Of a stretch of 64,000 nt of DNA, positions 62,998 to 64,000 are shown piece after piece. The notes beneath the pieces are model-generated. The model searched no databases, had not been told where the DNA came from, and saw only the letters and a list, made by a program, of their open reading frames with translations. The DNA comes from Octopus sinensis (taxonomy: Eukaryota). The number at the start of each line of letters is the position of its first letter. Within the stretch, counting starts at the first letter, position 1. Made by a program: the position numbers and the translations under genes. The stretch is taken from the NCBI RefSeq assembly GCF_006345805.1, contig NC_042999.1, positions 1,302,001 through 1,366,000 on the forward strand, in the 5' to 3' direction.

Positions 62998-63890
62998 TAT
63001 ATGTGGTCTGATCAGTAAGTATCCGGATTGTTGCGATAGTAATGAAGGTAAGGTCCACAAAGTGAAACTGCTCTGTACAAATTGACCTTACCTTCTGCTG
63101 TACATGCACACTAAGTTTTAATGTTCTAGCTCACTTCTGCTGTTTACAGCAGTGCTTGGAAGGAAGGTGTGTAGCCTGTGATTGTCACATTGACCAGTTG
63201 AGCAGAGAATCTGCGTCAAATTCTGCCAAAAGCTTAGCGATACCTGCTCAGAAGCCTATGCAAAGTTTTCAAAAAGTTTTCATCATTCTTGACACACTCA
63301 AAGAGATTTTGTGCAACTGAAACCCGAGTGTCTTTTTGGTCAGCTGAAAGCAGTTTTGGCACAAACTTGACAGACATGCATCTCATACCCAAATCTTCAG
63401 TGATAATAGACAGAACTGAACCGTAACTAATCTGCACATCCTCTGATAACTCATGGATGGTGATTTGACAAATTCCCCCTCACAGCTGCACACACATCTG
63501 TGATGTCTTTCTCAATTCTGCTGGTTGTGGGTCTCCCAGAATGTTTGTCAATATTGATATATTTTGGCCATCTTGGAAAAGTCTGAACCACCCGTACACT
63601 TGTGTACAGCTCACACACTCTTCTCCGTGCACTTTCTTAAATCTTTGCATCAACCTCTGAGCAGGTATCGCCATAACATTTTCTATCATGGTGAATGTGA
63701 TGATCACATGCTACACACCTTCCTTCCAAGCACTGCTGGAAGCAGCAGAAGTAAGCTAGAATGTTAAAACTAAGTGCACATGCACAGCAGAGTTCAAGTT
63801 CAATCTGTGCCAAGTGCTTTTACTCAGTGAGCTTTAGCTTCATTACTATGGCAACAGTCCAGATACTTATTGATCTGACCTGCTATATAT
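62998..63890. mobile_element. Mariner-derived element with two inverted 5' ends
   Basis: Left arm (+) EQRICVKFCQKLSDTCSEAYAK; right arm (-) QRFKKVHGEECVSCTQVYGWF...FVPKLLSADQK...ENFLK; arms of about 270 bp are diverged inverted repeats with TA flanks. Confidence 0.85.
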
Positions 63891-63892
63891 AC

Positions 63893-64000
63893 AGGGAGAA
63901 TTCACAAAAAACCAAAAGACAAAGACAGGAGGTGTAGACAACAAACAGATGTATTAGTTTAATACTCGGGACGTGAAAAAGTCTTTAATGCTTTGAGCCT
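63893..64000 (-). mobile_element. Family P3 fragment, truncated by the window end
   Basis: Reverse complement matches 31820-31930. Confidence 0.7.

Overview
AT-rich, repeat-saturated animal genomic DNA. The tRNA-headed SINE families and (TA)n/(CA)n/(ATC)n microsatellites resemble those I recall from octopod cephalopods (inference, not a database result). I recognise no intact host protein-coding gene; almost all entries in the ORF track come from microsatellites or SINEs. Recognisable content: a decayed Tc1 transposase (1-967), RTE-type LINE fragments (one with a C4HC3 PHD finger, one with a twin-priming-type 5' inversion), an R4/Dong-like restriction-endonuclease LINE remnant, five SINE families (labelled A-E here), piggyBac- and mariner-type MITEs and foldback elements. 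There is also a candidate plus-strand spliced transcript starting at a CpG/bZIP-motif promoter near 20.1 kb, with strong splice sites but no long joined ORF. The most interesting signal is about 11 minimal type I hammerhead-ribozyme (HHR) motifs in four Penelope-like repeat families. One family has a tRNA-derived Pol III head and occurs as a head-to-head palindromic dimer at 40.2-40.8 kb. Repeat coordinates were read by eye (about +/-20 bp).
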